IMG/VR virus record: IMGVR_UViG_3300047382_000771
Coordinates: 128,001 to 192,000 of that record
From: a virus
Taxonomy: Duplodnaviria; Caudoviricetes
Length of the DNA stretch: 64,000 bases
Strand: one strand, 5' to 3'
The notes below the pieces were generated by a model, which saw only the letters and a program-made list of their open reading frames with translations, did not search any database and had not been told where the DNA came from. Positions 49,654 to 57,978 of the stretch are shown here, piece after piece (positions within the stretch are counted from its first letter, which is position 1; every line of letters starts with the position of its first letter). The position numbers and the translations under genes were made by a program.

Positions 49654-50628
49654 CTATTTAGTTTTTTTCTTCTTATATCCAGATTCTGCTGGAGTATGAG
49701 TATAACCCATTTTTTTGTATTTCAAGTGCTCCTCTTGACTTTTAGCTTTGTAGGCTTTTCCAGTTTTGGGGTCATACATGTCATGAGGCTTGAAAGCTTT
49801 AGCTTTTTCGTCCATCTCGTCATGGTCGCCACAATCACTTGCTTTACCCTTTTTTTCTAAAATCTTTTTTTGTATAGCGGGAGGTAAACTTTTTTGCTCT
49901 TTTGTTAGGCTGTCTTTTTTTTCGTCGCCTTTTTCATCTTCAGCTTTAGATTTCTTATCTTTACTGGATTTTTGGGCTTTCTTTAAAGCTTTAGGGTCTG
50001 GGTAATCTTTATCACCTGGTTTTGCAGGTTTGTAGTTTTTACCTTCACGTTTCTTTTTGTCACGGATATTCTCCCATAAGCCCTTTTTGGCATCAGACTC
50101 TTTTTCTTCCTCCTTGGAATCCTTAGAATCTTTCTTGTCTTTTGAACCGCCCTTTTTGCTTTTTTCAATTTTTTCTTGAATAGCTGGAGGCAATTTTTTT
50201 TGCTTTTCTGAAAGTTCTGCTCCACTCTCATCTAAAAAGTCTGCCATCTCATCTTCTAAGTCAGCTTCTCCTTTAGTCACACTTTTCACACTTTTCTTAC
50301 TCCACATTTTGCAACTCCAGTATTTAGCCTTAGTCTTGGGCCCAGGATTATCGCAACCATGACGGGCACGAAAACTTCGGCGGCGTGCAGGATCATCACG
50401 TTTAATTTCCATGTTGGGGTCACCAAAGTTTACTTTTACTACATTGCCCTTCTCGTTTTTCACATATACGGAAAACTTCTTTGGCCCACCTGAAGTCCTA
50501 AAAGGTTTGTTTAGTTTTTTTCCTTTTTTTTCTTCTTTTGCCCAGGATTCTGCGTTAATTTCTTCTTCATTACCCTCGCTTGCGAGTAATTGAAGTCTAA
50601 TTTGTTCTGTAAAATCTAGTTCTTCCAT
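49654..50628 (-). CDS. Lys/Glu-rich mosaic protein, probable internal virion protein
   Basis: Short conserved-looking motifs joined by charged linkers; repeated QK.LPPAIQ.KI. Confidence 0.45.
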   Translation of the reverse strand: MEELDFTEQIRLQLLASEGNEEEINAESWAKEEKKGKKLNKPFRTSGGPKKFSVYVKNEKGNVVKVNFGDPNMEIKRDDPARRRSFRARHGCDNPGPKTKAKYWSCKMWSKKSVKSVTKGEADLEDEMADFLDESGAELSEKQKKLPPAIQEKIEKSKKGGSKDKKDSKDSKEEEKESDAKKGLWENIRDKKKREGKNYKPAKPGDKDYPDPKALKKAQKSSKDKKSKAEDEKGDEKKDSLTKEQKSLPPAIQKKILEKKGKASDCGDHDEMDEKAKAFKPHDMYDPKTGKAYKAKSQEEHLKYKKMGYTHTPAESGYKKKKTK

Positions 50629-50905
50629 TTTTTTTTAATTTGGTGATTTATTAATATTACACTTATTATAAACTTTGTACTAGTTATTTTTCTAGTTTTA
50701 TTTTATAGCCTCCAAATTTTTTTCGATTAAGCAAATATTTGAAAGTATACTTGTTTATTTTGAGAATGAGAAATACCACCCCCCGCCGCTATTTGAAAAG
50801 ACCTATTAGTGATTTATTCAAAAAATGGGGTGGGTAGCAATAATTAATTTAAAAAAAAAGTTCAATTAGCTTGACTCGACCCCCCTGTTTTGCTACCTTA
50901 TATAT

Positions 50906-51124
50906 ATGACAGTTAAAGATATAAAGTTCGAAATTCAATCACTAAAGCGCCGACTTGTTTCTGATCATTACGATCATGAAAAGCATACCTTTGTTCCTGC
51001 TGAAGGAAAAACTAGAGATTGGATCTTGTCAGCGATTGACGAATACACAAAGATGCTACCACGTGCGAGCTATGATGACGACGTGCGCCGTTATGGTTGG
51101 AAAAGTGTTGAAAGAAATGCCTAA
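50906..51124 (+). CDS. Early hypothetical protein
   Basis: TTGACT-17-TACCTT-6-ATG. Confidence 0.75.
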   Translation: MTVKDIKFEIQSLKRRLVSDHYDHEKHTFVPAEGKTRDWILSAIDEYTKMLPRASYDDDVRRYGWKSVERNA

Positions 51125-51166
51125 AAAGCTTGACTCGCACGCCTTAAAACGTTAACTTACTTATAT

Positions 51167-51358
51167 ATGAAAATCAAAAACGGATCAATCTATCATAGCA
51201 AAACAAATAATAAAGCCGTGCGAGTTGTTCGCGCACATCAAGACGAGCAAATTGCATACGTCAAACACCACGAACAAACGCAAATCGAAACAGAGGTTTT
51301 CTTCTCTGACTTACAGCCCGCAACAAAAATGCAAGTAAAACTTTACTTGGGTCGATAA
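51167..51358 (+). CDS. Early hypothetical protein (SH3/KOW-like)
   Basis: Own promoter; beta-rich 63 aa. Confidence 0.7.
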   Translation: MKIKNGSIYHSKTNNKAVRVVRAHQDEQIAYVKHHEQTQIETEVFFSDLQPATKMQVKLYLGR

Positions 51359-51427
51359 TCATGTTAATAGCAGAATTCATCTTGGGCATAGTAGTAACAT
51401 TAATTTTAGTTTCAAAAGGATAAGAAA

Positions 51428-51736
51428 ATGAGAAAAGTAACACAACAAATCAAGGAAGCTTTCGAGCAAGGCAAATCTTTAAAAGTAGGTAATACCAAGA
51501 CAGACGGCAAGACTGTTTGGTTGCATGGCAACGCTATTGTTAAGCGTGATCCTGACGGGCTTGTCAGGTGGTCGCTTGCGGGATGGAATACCCCCACCAC
51601 ACGCGAACGCGTCAATGGTATAGCAAATGCAGGAGTTTGTCAATATAAATTCGAGCCTGTGTTAAATGGTCAAGAAATTGACTCATCCGATTGGTTCGCC
51701 TGTAATACCACATTGCCTGATCCTCTCATTTTCTAA
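51428..51736 (+). CDS. Phage hypothetical protein
   Basis: LHGNAI...AGWNTPTTRERVNG, a motif pattern I associate with uncultured phage proteins. Confidence 0.7.
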   Translation: MRKVTQQIKEAFEQGKSLKVGNTKTDGKTVWLHGNAIVKRDPDGLVRWSLAGWNTPTTRERVNGIANAGVCQYKFEPVLNGQEIDSSDWFACNTTLPDPLIF

Positions 51737-51747
51737 CAAAAGCCTTA

Positions 51748-51817
51748 CCTAAGTGCTTGACTATCAGGCACTTAGGCGGGCCCGCCCGCATAAGTCGTTG
51801 GTATTCAATGACTTATG
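51748..51817. repeat. Double-palindrome element R1
   Basis: cctaagtgcttgactatcaggcacttagg-cgggcccgcccg-cataagtcgttggtattcaatgacttatg. Confidence 0.95.
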
Positions 51818-51931
51818 AAACATCCGTACAAACATCGCGCCAATTCACATGGTCGGATAGTGCAATAAAATAGTTGCTAGATAATTGCGAATAAATTTGA
51901 CTTTAGCTATAATTTCCCTTAGTTTATATAT

Positions 51932-52282
51932 ATGAAATCATTATATAACACAGACACACAAGAATTCACTTTTAACTTTATCATGGGCATCGATGGTACA
52001 TCCTACCGAGTCGAAGCGGTAGCTTGTCAAGATGATATCCTATTGAATGATCAGTATCGCGCCGAATACATCGACGTTTACATGGCTAAATTGACTGAGG
52101 AGAAAACAGGTGAATTGACCGAATCAAACACCTACAAGAACACAGATCTTTTAAAGGTTGTAAGCGATAAGCTCACAGAAAGGTTAATCACTAATGCAAG
52201 CAAAACATGGTTTGTGACTGATGCGCCAAGACTTTTCCTTGAGCAATTGGACACTTGTTTAGAAATAATGTTTGATAAATAA
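51932..52282 (+). CDS. Early hypothetical protein
   Basis: TTGACT-17-TAGTTT-6-ATG. Confidence 0.75.
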   Translation: MKSLYNTDTQEFTFNFIMGIDGTSYRVEAVACQDDILLNDQYRAEYIDVYMAKLTEEKTGELTESNTYKNTDLLKVVSDKLTERLITNASKTWFVTDAPRLFLEQLDTCLEIMFDK

Positions 52283-52328
52283 TTGTTTTAGTGTTGACTC
52301 AAGCAAGCCGATAATCTACCTTATACAT

Positions 52329-52664
52329 ATGAATATAACAAATATAACATTCTCAAAAATCGATCACAAACTAATCACAGCACATCTATCCTTTGCTGAT
52401 GCTAATCATGAGTATGGAACTATACGTGCCGAAGGTGTATCTCGCAAGCAGTGCATATATAACTTATGCAAGGAGGGCAAGTTGCCGTGGAAGTTGTTTG
52501 GCGCAGCTCGCGCGATGGCAATGCGTCACACCGACCCCAGGTTTCCCAGGGTTAGTAGTAGCAGAGAAGACGACAGACTCGCAGACATCTGCGACGATCT
52601 GAATTGCTCGGTTAGTGAAGCTCGCCACTTTCAGGAGACAGGCGAACACCCCGTAAATTGGTAA
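52329..52664 (+). CDS. Early hypothetical protein (start revised to MNITNITF)
   Basis: TTGACT-17-TACCTT-6-ATG at 52329. Confidence 0.7.
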   Translation: MNITNITFSKIDHKLITAHLSFADANHEYGTIRAEGVSRKQCIYNLCKEGKLPWKLFGAARAMAMRHTDPRFPRVSSSREDDRLADICDDLNCSVSEARHFQETGEHPVNW

Positions 52665-52671
52665 AAGTTTG

Positions 52672-52741
52672 CCTAAGTGCTTGACTATCAGGCACTTATG
52701 CGGGCCCGCCCGCGTAAGTCGTTGGTATTCAACGACTTATG
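52672..52741. repeat. Double-palindrome element R2
   Basis: cctaagtgcttgactatcaggcacttatg-cgggcccgcccg-cgtaagtcgttggtattcaacgacttatg. Confidence 0.95.
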
Positions 52742-52858
52742 TAAAAATCGCTATAACGCGGCTTTTAGCCCGTGTCAAGATTATTTGGTAAAAAATAAAT
52801 CACAATTAAACATCTTTTTTCTTGCTATGTATTAGTATATCCCTTATGTTGTATATAT

Positions 52859-53098
52859 ATGACAGATAATTACGATTCACTCGACCGCCTCGCTCACGCC
52901 TCAGGGATGACTGACCTTGAATATGAAGCTCAACAAAAAGAGCTTGCTCGCCTTGCTCGTTTCGACAAAATCATCGAAGACGTTAGGGACAGCGATGAGC
53001 CTGCTGAAATGCCTGAGGTTCATCGCAACCATGAAGAGCCTAGCATAGACGCTTATGATGACTATGACTATGGCTACCATGACCAATACGAGCAATAA
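52859..53098 (+). CDS. Small very acidic early protein
   Basis: Own promoter; D/E/Y-rich C-terminus. Confidence 0.7.
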   Translation: MTDNYDSLDRLAHASGMTDLEYEAQQKELARLARFDKIIEDVRDSDEPAEMPEVHRNHEEPSIDAYDDYDYGYHDQYEQ

Positions 53099-53101
53099 GC
53101 T

Positions 53102-53172
53102 CGTAAGTCGTTGGTTATCAGCCCTTTATGCAGGGCGGCCCGCCATAAGCCGTTGAATACCAAGGACTTATG
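53102..53172. repeat. Double-palindrome element R3
   Basis: cgtaagtcgttggttatcagccctttatg-cagggcggcccgc-cataagccgttgaataccaaggacttatg. Confidence 0.95.
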
Positions 53173-53276
53173 TAAAAACTTCTATAGCGCGGGCTTAGTC
53201 CCGTGTCAAGATTATTTGATGGAAAATAAAACACAATTATGTTTGACATTCGCCCTCAAATATAGGATAGTAAGGT

Positions 53277-53465
53277 ATGACAAAAATTAAAGAACCATTC
53301 AATAAAGGCGATGTTCTTATATCGCGCGACAATCAAATACTGCAATACCAGGGCGAGTTCAATCATCCCGAGCTTGGTCTAATAGCTGAAGTGCGTATCT
53401 ATCGTACAGATCGCATAGTAGGCATTCGTTTCGAGGATGTAAAACTTCACCCGTTTTTCGCATGA
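53277..53465 (+). CDS. Early hypothetical protein (SH3-like)
   Basis: Promoter-linked; PFNKGDVL...; 62 aa. Confidence 0.7.
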   Translation: MTKIKEPFNKGDVLISRDNQILQYQGEFNHPELGLIAEVRIYRTDRIVGIRFEDVKLHPFFA

Positions 53466-53677
53466 GTGAACGCGAACCATATCCTCAACTTGACTGCGCT
53501 CTTGCTATGAGTAAGGCTCGTGGTAATCTTAACTTTCTTCTAAATAGAACAAAAGAAGAATGGAGCGAAACCTTTACTACGGCAGAAGCCATAAGGGATG
53601 CTCATGCCGCGCTTGACCAAGCTCAAAAAGAATACAAAAAAGTCTTGACTCTACTAACAAACTCTAATACATTGTAA
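53462..53677 (+). CDS. Hypothetical helical protein
   Basis: ATGA overlap with the upstream gene. Confidence 0.65.
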   Translation: MSEREPYPQLDCALAMSKARGNLNFLLNRTKEEWSETFTTAEAIRDAHAALDQAQKEYKKVLTLLTNSNTL

Positions 53678-53681
53678 ACAT

Positions 53682-53867
53682 ATGATCTCAATCAAAAAAA
53701 ATCAAAACTTCTCTAATTGGTTTCAAGTATTCGCTTTCGGTAAAATGATAGACGAATTCAGTCGCAGAAGCAAGGCGGTGCGTCGTGCTGAAGAATTAGC
53801 GATACAAGCAAACCAAAAATACATCAATGTCGAAGGACTTGCACAAAAAATTAAATATGGCAACTAA
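53682..53867 (+). CDS. Early hypothetical protein
   Basis: TTGACT-17-TACATT-8-ATG. Confidence 0.65.
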   Translation: MISIKKNQNFSNWFQVFAFGKMIDEFSRRSKAVRRAEELAIQANQKYINVEGLAQKIKYGN

Positions 53868-54066
53868 AAAACTCGTACTCACCACAATATCCCAAGGCAA
53901 GATTGCCGTTGTAGAAAGTGCCGAAAGGGCAGATGACAAGAGGGGAGAAAGATACATAAGCGAAGATTGCTTGGCTGTCAATCTTAAAAACGGAGCGTTT
54001 ACTGACATTACCGCAACAGGTGCAAACCCCGAAGGTAGATTGTATATGTTCACCGAAGATATGTAA
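53827..54066 (+). CDS. Hypothetical protein (start may be 53857)
   Basis: Last + strand gene before R4. Confidence 0.55.
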   Translation: MSKDLHKKLNMATKKLVLTTISQGKIAVVESAERADDKRGERYISEDCLAVNLKNGAFTDITATGANPEGRLYMFTEDM

Positions 54067-54132
54067 GTCGTTGATTATCAAGCCCTTAGGCGGGGCGGCC
54101 CGCCATAAGTCGTTGACTTACAGGGGTTTATG
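54062..54132. repeat. Double-palindrome element R4 (at the convergence point)
   Basis: tgtaagtcgttgattatcaagcccttagg-cggggcggcccgc-cataagtcgttgacttacaggggtttatg. Confidence 0.95.
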
Positions 54133-54135
54133 TAA

Positions 54136-54363
54136 TTAATCTTCCAAGAGCAACTCATCAAGTGCATTGATGTCAAGATCGGGATCGTTGTAGCTCGCCC
54201 CGTCAGGAGTCTGAAATGTTTCCATTTCTTCCAAACGATCTGCAAAATCAACATACCTCACACATCTGCGAGCTAACTTGTAAAGCAATTCGTCATTAGA
54301 TAACCAAAGTGCAACATTCCAAGTTGCCCAATTTTTCCATCCGTGATATGTTGTATCTGTCAT
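54136..54363 (-). CDS. Phage hypothetical protein (YxGWxNWxTWNVALW family)
   Basis: YHGWKNWATWNVALWLSND motif. Confidence 0.75.
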   Translation of the reverse strand: MTDTTYHGWKNWATWNVALWLSNDELLYKLARRCVRYVDFADRLEEMETFQTPDGASYNDPDLDINALDELLLED

Positions 54364-54365
54364 AA

Positions 54366-54569
54366 TTAACTTTCTTTAAATTCTTTTATAATTTGCTCCA
54401 TTTGTGAAAGTACAGATTTTTTGTTTCCTTTGAATCCGTATTGTTCTTTAATGATTGAATATGCTGATTGACCTCTTCTCTTCATTCCGACGCACTCCAT
54501 TTTGAGAGCGGATCTGAGACTGAGAAATCGAAACATATCTTGTTTTTCGGGTGTGTCTAATGTAATCAT
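54366..54569 (-). CDS. Early hypothetical protein
   Basis: TTGACA-17-TAGATT-6-ATG. Confidence 0.75.
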   Translation of the reverse strand: MITLDTPEKQDMFRFLSLRSALKMECVGMKRRGQSAYSIIKEQYGFKGNKKSVLSQMEQIIKEFKES

Positions 54570-54600
54570 AATAATAATCTAGTTCAGTTTGTTTTGTTTG

Positions 54601-54840
54601 TCAAGCTACTTCAGCCAAATCCTTTGCCAATGCTTTTTCTGCATCCACCTGCTGTTGTAGTAAGTTGAGTTTGTTGAGTAAACCTTTGTAGCCGATATAG
54701 TCGCCACGAAAGTGACCCTTCCAAACCCCGTCAACTCTTTGGAATGTAACATCCCAAGCAGATTTATAGTCATAAGTTCTTAGCAAGCCATTTGGCAAGC
54801 GCTCGAAGTAGAATTCTTTTCCGTTGTCTTTAATTGTCAT
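54601..54840 (-). CDS. Early hypothetical protein
   Basis: TTGCTA-17-TAGTGT-6-ATG. Confidence 0.75.
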   Translation of the reverse strand: MTIKDNGKEFYFERLPNGLLRTYDYKSAWDVTFQRVDGVWKGHFRGDYIGYKGLLNKLNLLQQQVDAEKALAKDLAEVA

Positions 54841-54903
54841 ACCAACACACTAAGGCATCTAACTAACTATAGCAAGAAAAAACTTCAATAAAAAAAAGAT
54901 TGT

Positions 54904-54974
54904 TCTAAGTCGTTGAATGTTAACGGTTTACGCAAGGCGGCCCGCCGTAAGTCGTTGACTTACAGGGGCTTATG
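54904..54974. repeat. Double-palindrome element R5
   Basis: tctaagtcgttgaatgttaacggtttacg-caaggcggcccgc-cgtaagtcgttgacttacaggggcttatg. Confidence 0.95.
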
Positions 54975-54977
54975 AAA

Positions 54978-55706
54978 TTAATGGGCTAAGTAAGCAATGC
55001 CTTTCTTGCATCCTTTGATGAAGCATAAGTTGCAATTATGGGCTTGACAAGTTGCAAGAATCTTGCCGTCCTCACCTTTAACATAAGTTGCGGGGCAAAC
55101 AAAATGTCCGTCTTGCTCGGCTTGCTCTTTGCTAGTATAAACCGAAGTGCCTGCGTCAAGCCCGTCTACTTGAGGGGCTGGCTCGTCAACATAGATTGCG
55201 CTCGGCTTAATGCAAACATTTTTAAGACTAGCTAACTTTTGCAAGTGTGGAAGTTGAGAGTCGCGTTTCCATTCTCTAGTTGGAAACCAAAATTTAATAG
55301 TTGGAAATTGCTCGCAAATTCTAACCCATGCAGAAATATACCTGGGGGAAAAGAGGTCGCCTGAATCATGAACGCGAAACAAATCCGTGTTTGTCTTTTT
55401 GAGTTTTTTCTTGTTGCCATGCTTGTCGAAATACTTTGCGCGAATTTGTTTGCACATTGCATTAACAAAAGTGTCTCCATTGTCTTGATGTAAAGACTTT
55501 GTAATGAGATCCGCCTTGCCTTGCAAGCTTGCCTTGACATTGGAAAACATATAAAAACCTTTGCAAGCATAGCAAGAATCGCAAATGAATTTCTTGCCCG
55601 CTTCTTTAATCTTTGCTAATAGCTGCGCGGCAGGGCAATACTTGAAAGCAGGAATGTTGAACGAATAGCAAGGCATCTTGCTCGGGTTGGATAATAAGTT
55701 AATCAT
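54978..55706 (-). CDS. Gp88-family protein (Cys-rich, radical-SAM-like fold)
   Basis: SKMPCYSFNIPA..CP...CDSCYA...FRVHDSGD...KFWFPTRE. Confidence 0.75.
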   Translation of the reverse strand: MINLLSNPSKMPCYSFNIPAFKYCPAAQLLAKIKEAGKKFICDSCYACKGFYMFSNVKASLQGKADLITKSLHQDNGDTFVNAMCKQIRAKYFDKHGNKKKLKKTNTDLFRVHDSGDLFSPRYISAWVRICEQFPTIKFWFPTREWKRDSQLPHLQKLASLKNVCIKPSAIYVDEPAPQVDGLDAGTSVYTSKEQAEQDGHFVCPATYVKGEDGKILATCQAHNCNLCFIKGCKKGIAYLAH

Positions 55707-55769
55707 AAGAATACATTACCACCGAACTTAACTAAACACAAGAAAAAAGTGAATTAAAATAAAAGTTGT

Positions 55770-55840
55770 CATAAGTCCTTGGTAGTCAAGCACTTACGCG
55801 GGGCCGCCCGCCATAAGCCGTTGAGTATCAACGACTTACG
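55770..55840. repeat. Double-palindrome element R6
   Basis: cataagtccttggtagtcaagcacttacg-cggggccgcccgc-cataagccgttgagtatcaacgacttacg. Confidence 0.95.
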
Positions 55841-55990
55841 GGGTTTCTTATCCGCGTCCCGCTAAAAGGGTGAGTTCTTATTTACCTGAACTCTATTTCG
55901 TCCCTGTCGCTGAACATACATTCAAACATAAGAAAGAAAGCAAAAAAGGTTGGCATGAGAAAGAATAAATAAACAAAAAATTCTAATATA

Positions 55991-56266
55991 CTATCCATTG
56001 TAGACTCCTTTCATTTGGTCAGATATACCTAAGCCCATGAAGTTGTCTTCTTCGTCAATGTCTTCGGCATTTGGGGAATGCTTTAACAATGAGGACTCAT
56101 CTTCAATGTCTGACTTTTGCGCGTCTAGTAAACCATGCTCGCCCAAAACCTCTTGAGACTTAATCTCTGAGACGAAATCCTCAAGGGAAGTTTTAAGACC
56201 AAGACCCTTGGAGTCTTGGACGGCGTGCTTAATGATGGCGATTCTTTGATCTTCTGTTAATGTCAT
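55991..56266 (-). CDS. Small acidic early protein
   Basis: TTGACT-17-TACCTT-6-ATG. Confidence 0.7.
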   Translation of the reverse strand: MTLTEDQRIAIIKHAVQDSKGLGLKTSLEDFVSEIKSQEVLGEHGLLDAQKSDIEDESSLLKHSPNAEDIDEEDNFMGLGISDQMKGVYNG

Positions 56267-56287
56267 AATAATAAGGTAATCTAGTTT

Positions 56288-56632
56288 TTAGTGAGAGTCA
56301 ACAAGTTTTTGATTAAAGTCTGCCCGTATTGCTACAAGCAAATCTTCGTGAGCTTTGCCGTCCATCTCAAATTGATGCATAAGAGAAGTAATTCTGTGTG
56401 GCTCTTGCCAACCTAGCACATCATCAGAGACAGATAAAGGAACCCAACTTCCGTCGGGATTAAATACTGCAACTTCAAAAGTATCGGGATAACGACCATA
56501 AAATGGCTCAAATGCTCCCTCATTTTTACCCGCAATAACTGAAAAAGAATATCCGTTGTCAAGTGTGAGCGATGCCATCCATCTTCTCATGGATTCATCG
56601 TAAGTGAATTTTAAATCATCGAATGTTTTCAT
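56288..56632 (-). CDS. Phage hypothetical protein (NGY.xSVI...FEVAV family)
   Basis: Own TTGACA promoter; motif pattern typical of phage early proteins. Confidence 0.7.
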   Translation of the reverse strand: MKTFDDLKFTYDESMRRWMASLTLDNGYSFSVIAGKNEGAFEPFYGRYPDTFEVAVFNPDGSWVPLSVSDDVLGWQEPHRITSLMHQFEMDGKAHEDLLVAIRADFNQKLVDSH

Positions 56633-56668
56633 ATAATAATATATATACTATTGGTTATTGTCTGTCAA

Positions 56669-56875
56669 CTAAAACTTTAGCGCTTGAATGGAAGTATTCT
56701 CTCTGCACCATTTTCTTAATGGATGATGAGCCTTTGGACTCAAGTGAGTCAAATACTGCTTCCCATTAGTTGCCATAAGCATATAGCCTTTGGCGGTTGC
56801 GCGGATGTCTTTGATTTCTGGACATTTACGCAATTGCTTTAGTATCTTTAAGTTTCCGCTATCTCTGTGTTTCAT
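56669..56875 (-). CDS. Small basic early protein, possibly HicA/dsRBD-like
   Basis: TTGCTG-17-TAATGT-6-ATG; alpha-beta-beta-beta-alpha pattern. Confidence 0.6.
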   Translation of the reverse strand: MKHRDSGNLKILKQLRKCPEIKDIRATAKGYMLMATNGKQYLTHLSPKAHHPLRKWCRENTSIQALKF

Positions 56876-56939
56876 ACTACTACATTAAGACGGATAGCAA
56901 GTGACAGCAAGAAAAAAAGTGTTTTTTTTTACTTAGCTA

Positions 56940-57010
56940 CATAAGTCGTTGGTTATCAAGCATTTATGCGGGGCGGCCCGCCGTAAGTCGTTGAATATCA
57001 ACAACTTATG
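56940..57010. repeat. Double-palindrome element R7
   Basis: cataagtcgttggttatcaagcatttatg-cggggcggcccgc-cgtaagtcgttgaatatcaacaacttatg. Confidence 0.95.
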
Positions 57011-57026
57011 AAATAAATCAGCCCAC

Positions 57027-57055
57027 AAAAAAGCCCCTCCGTTTGGAGGGGCTTT
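57027..57055 (-). terminator. Rho-independent terminator after the DUF932 gene
   Basis: AAGCCCCTCC-N4-GGAGGGGCTT followed by a T run on the minus strand. Confidence 0.85.
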
Positions 57056-57076
57056 CTATATTTGTCAAGCTTTTAT

Positions 57077-57940
57077 TTAAGCTTCGACTAATTCACCTTC
57101 AACTACCTCCATATCGAGAACATTTTCGACATGGTTTTTAATATCAAAGTTGACCTCGCCATCAAGAACGGAGTGCAAGGCATCCGAGCGATTAGGTAAG
57201 GCAACTAAGTTTCCTTTATACACCTCAGTAAAAGCATTGTAAAGAGAATTTACATTGCGATCCCAAAATTCGGGGTGATCGGAAGACTCCCATTGATTGA
57301 CAACATCCATGATTTTAGACTTAGGCAAAGCACCTGCCTTGCAAGCCCTAATCACAAGATCGTTAGCATGGGAATTTGAAAGATCAAAATCTTTATAGGC
57401 ATTGATGCGATTGTCTTGACCATTCCAAAAGCCAAACAATTTGCCCAATGCACGATTGATAGTAAAATCAAGATCTTGCAAAATGTTGCGAGTGTGGCGA
57501 CGCGCTAATTTAATAGTATTGGTAAAAATAAGATTATCGCACACAAAGGGAGCATCACCTGCACACAATCCCGCAGGAAATGTTTTGTCGTGAGAGTTGC
57601 GAAGACCAACTACACAACCACGATCACTAGCCTTACGATTAGGGTGATCGACTGAAAATAAACCAAAATAGTGGTTATCGTTGCGAGCAAGAGAGTGAAC
57701 CTCATCTTGAATGGTGAAGCCATTGGTTTCCAAAAAACCTTTGGTGCGATGCACTAATGCCTCATGGGCGATAGGCTGATAAGAGACGGCTCTTTCGCCA
57801 TTGGCATTTTCTTTCTTGCGATACTCTACGGGCGGAGTAGGAACCCCGACTACTTGATCGAAATCTACAAGAGTACGATTGCCTCCGCAGATATGAAGAT
57901 TAACTTTGGGTGAGTTGTTGGTATTTTCTGTAGTATTCAT
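57077..57940 (-). CDS. DUF932-family protein
   Basis: YQPIAH...GLRNSHDK...PFVCDNLIF...RRHT...SLYNAFTE. Confidence 0.8.
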   Translation of the reverse strand: MNTTENTNNSPKVNLHICGGNRTLVDFDQVVGVPTPPVEYRKKENANGERAVSYQPIAHEALVHRTKGFLETNGFTIQDEVHSLARNDNHYFGLFSVDHPNRKASDRGCVVGLRNSHDKTFPAGLCAGDAPFVCDNLIFTNTIKLARRHTRNILQDLDFTINRALGKLFGFWNGQDNRINAYKDFDLSNSHANDLVIRACKAGALPKSKIMDVVNQWESSDHPEFWDRNVNSLYNAFTEVYKGNLVALPNRSDALHSVLDGEVNFDIKNHVENVLDMEVVEGELVEA

Positions 57941-57978
57941 AATAGTGATAATATAGTAGTGATTGTTTTTGTCAATAG

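Larger units (their letters stand above)
50871..53682 (+). promoter_or_regulatory. Series of sigma70-type promoters with leaderless starts (+ strand): -35 at 50871, 51130, 51897, 52294, 52822, 53243, 53645
   Basis: TTG(A/C)(C/T)N-17-TANNNT in each case (GATAGT at 53266), with ATG 5-8 nt after the -10. Confidence 0.8.
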
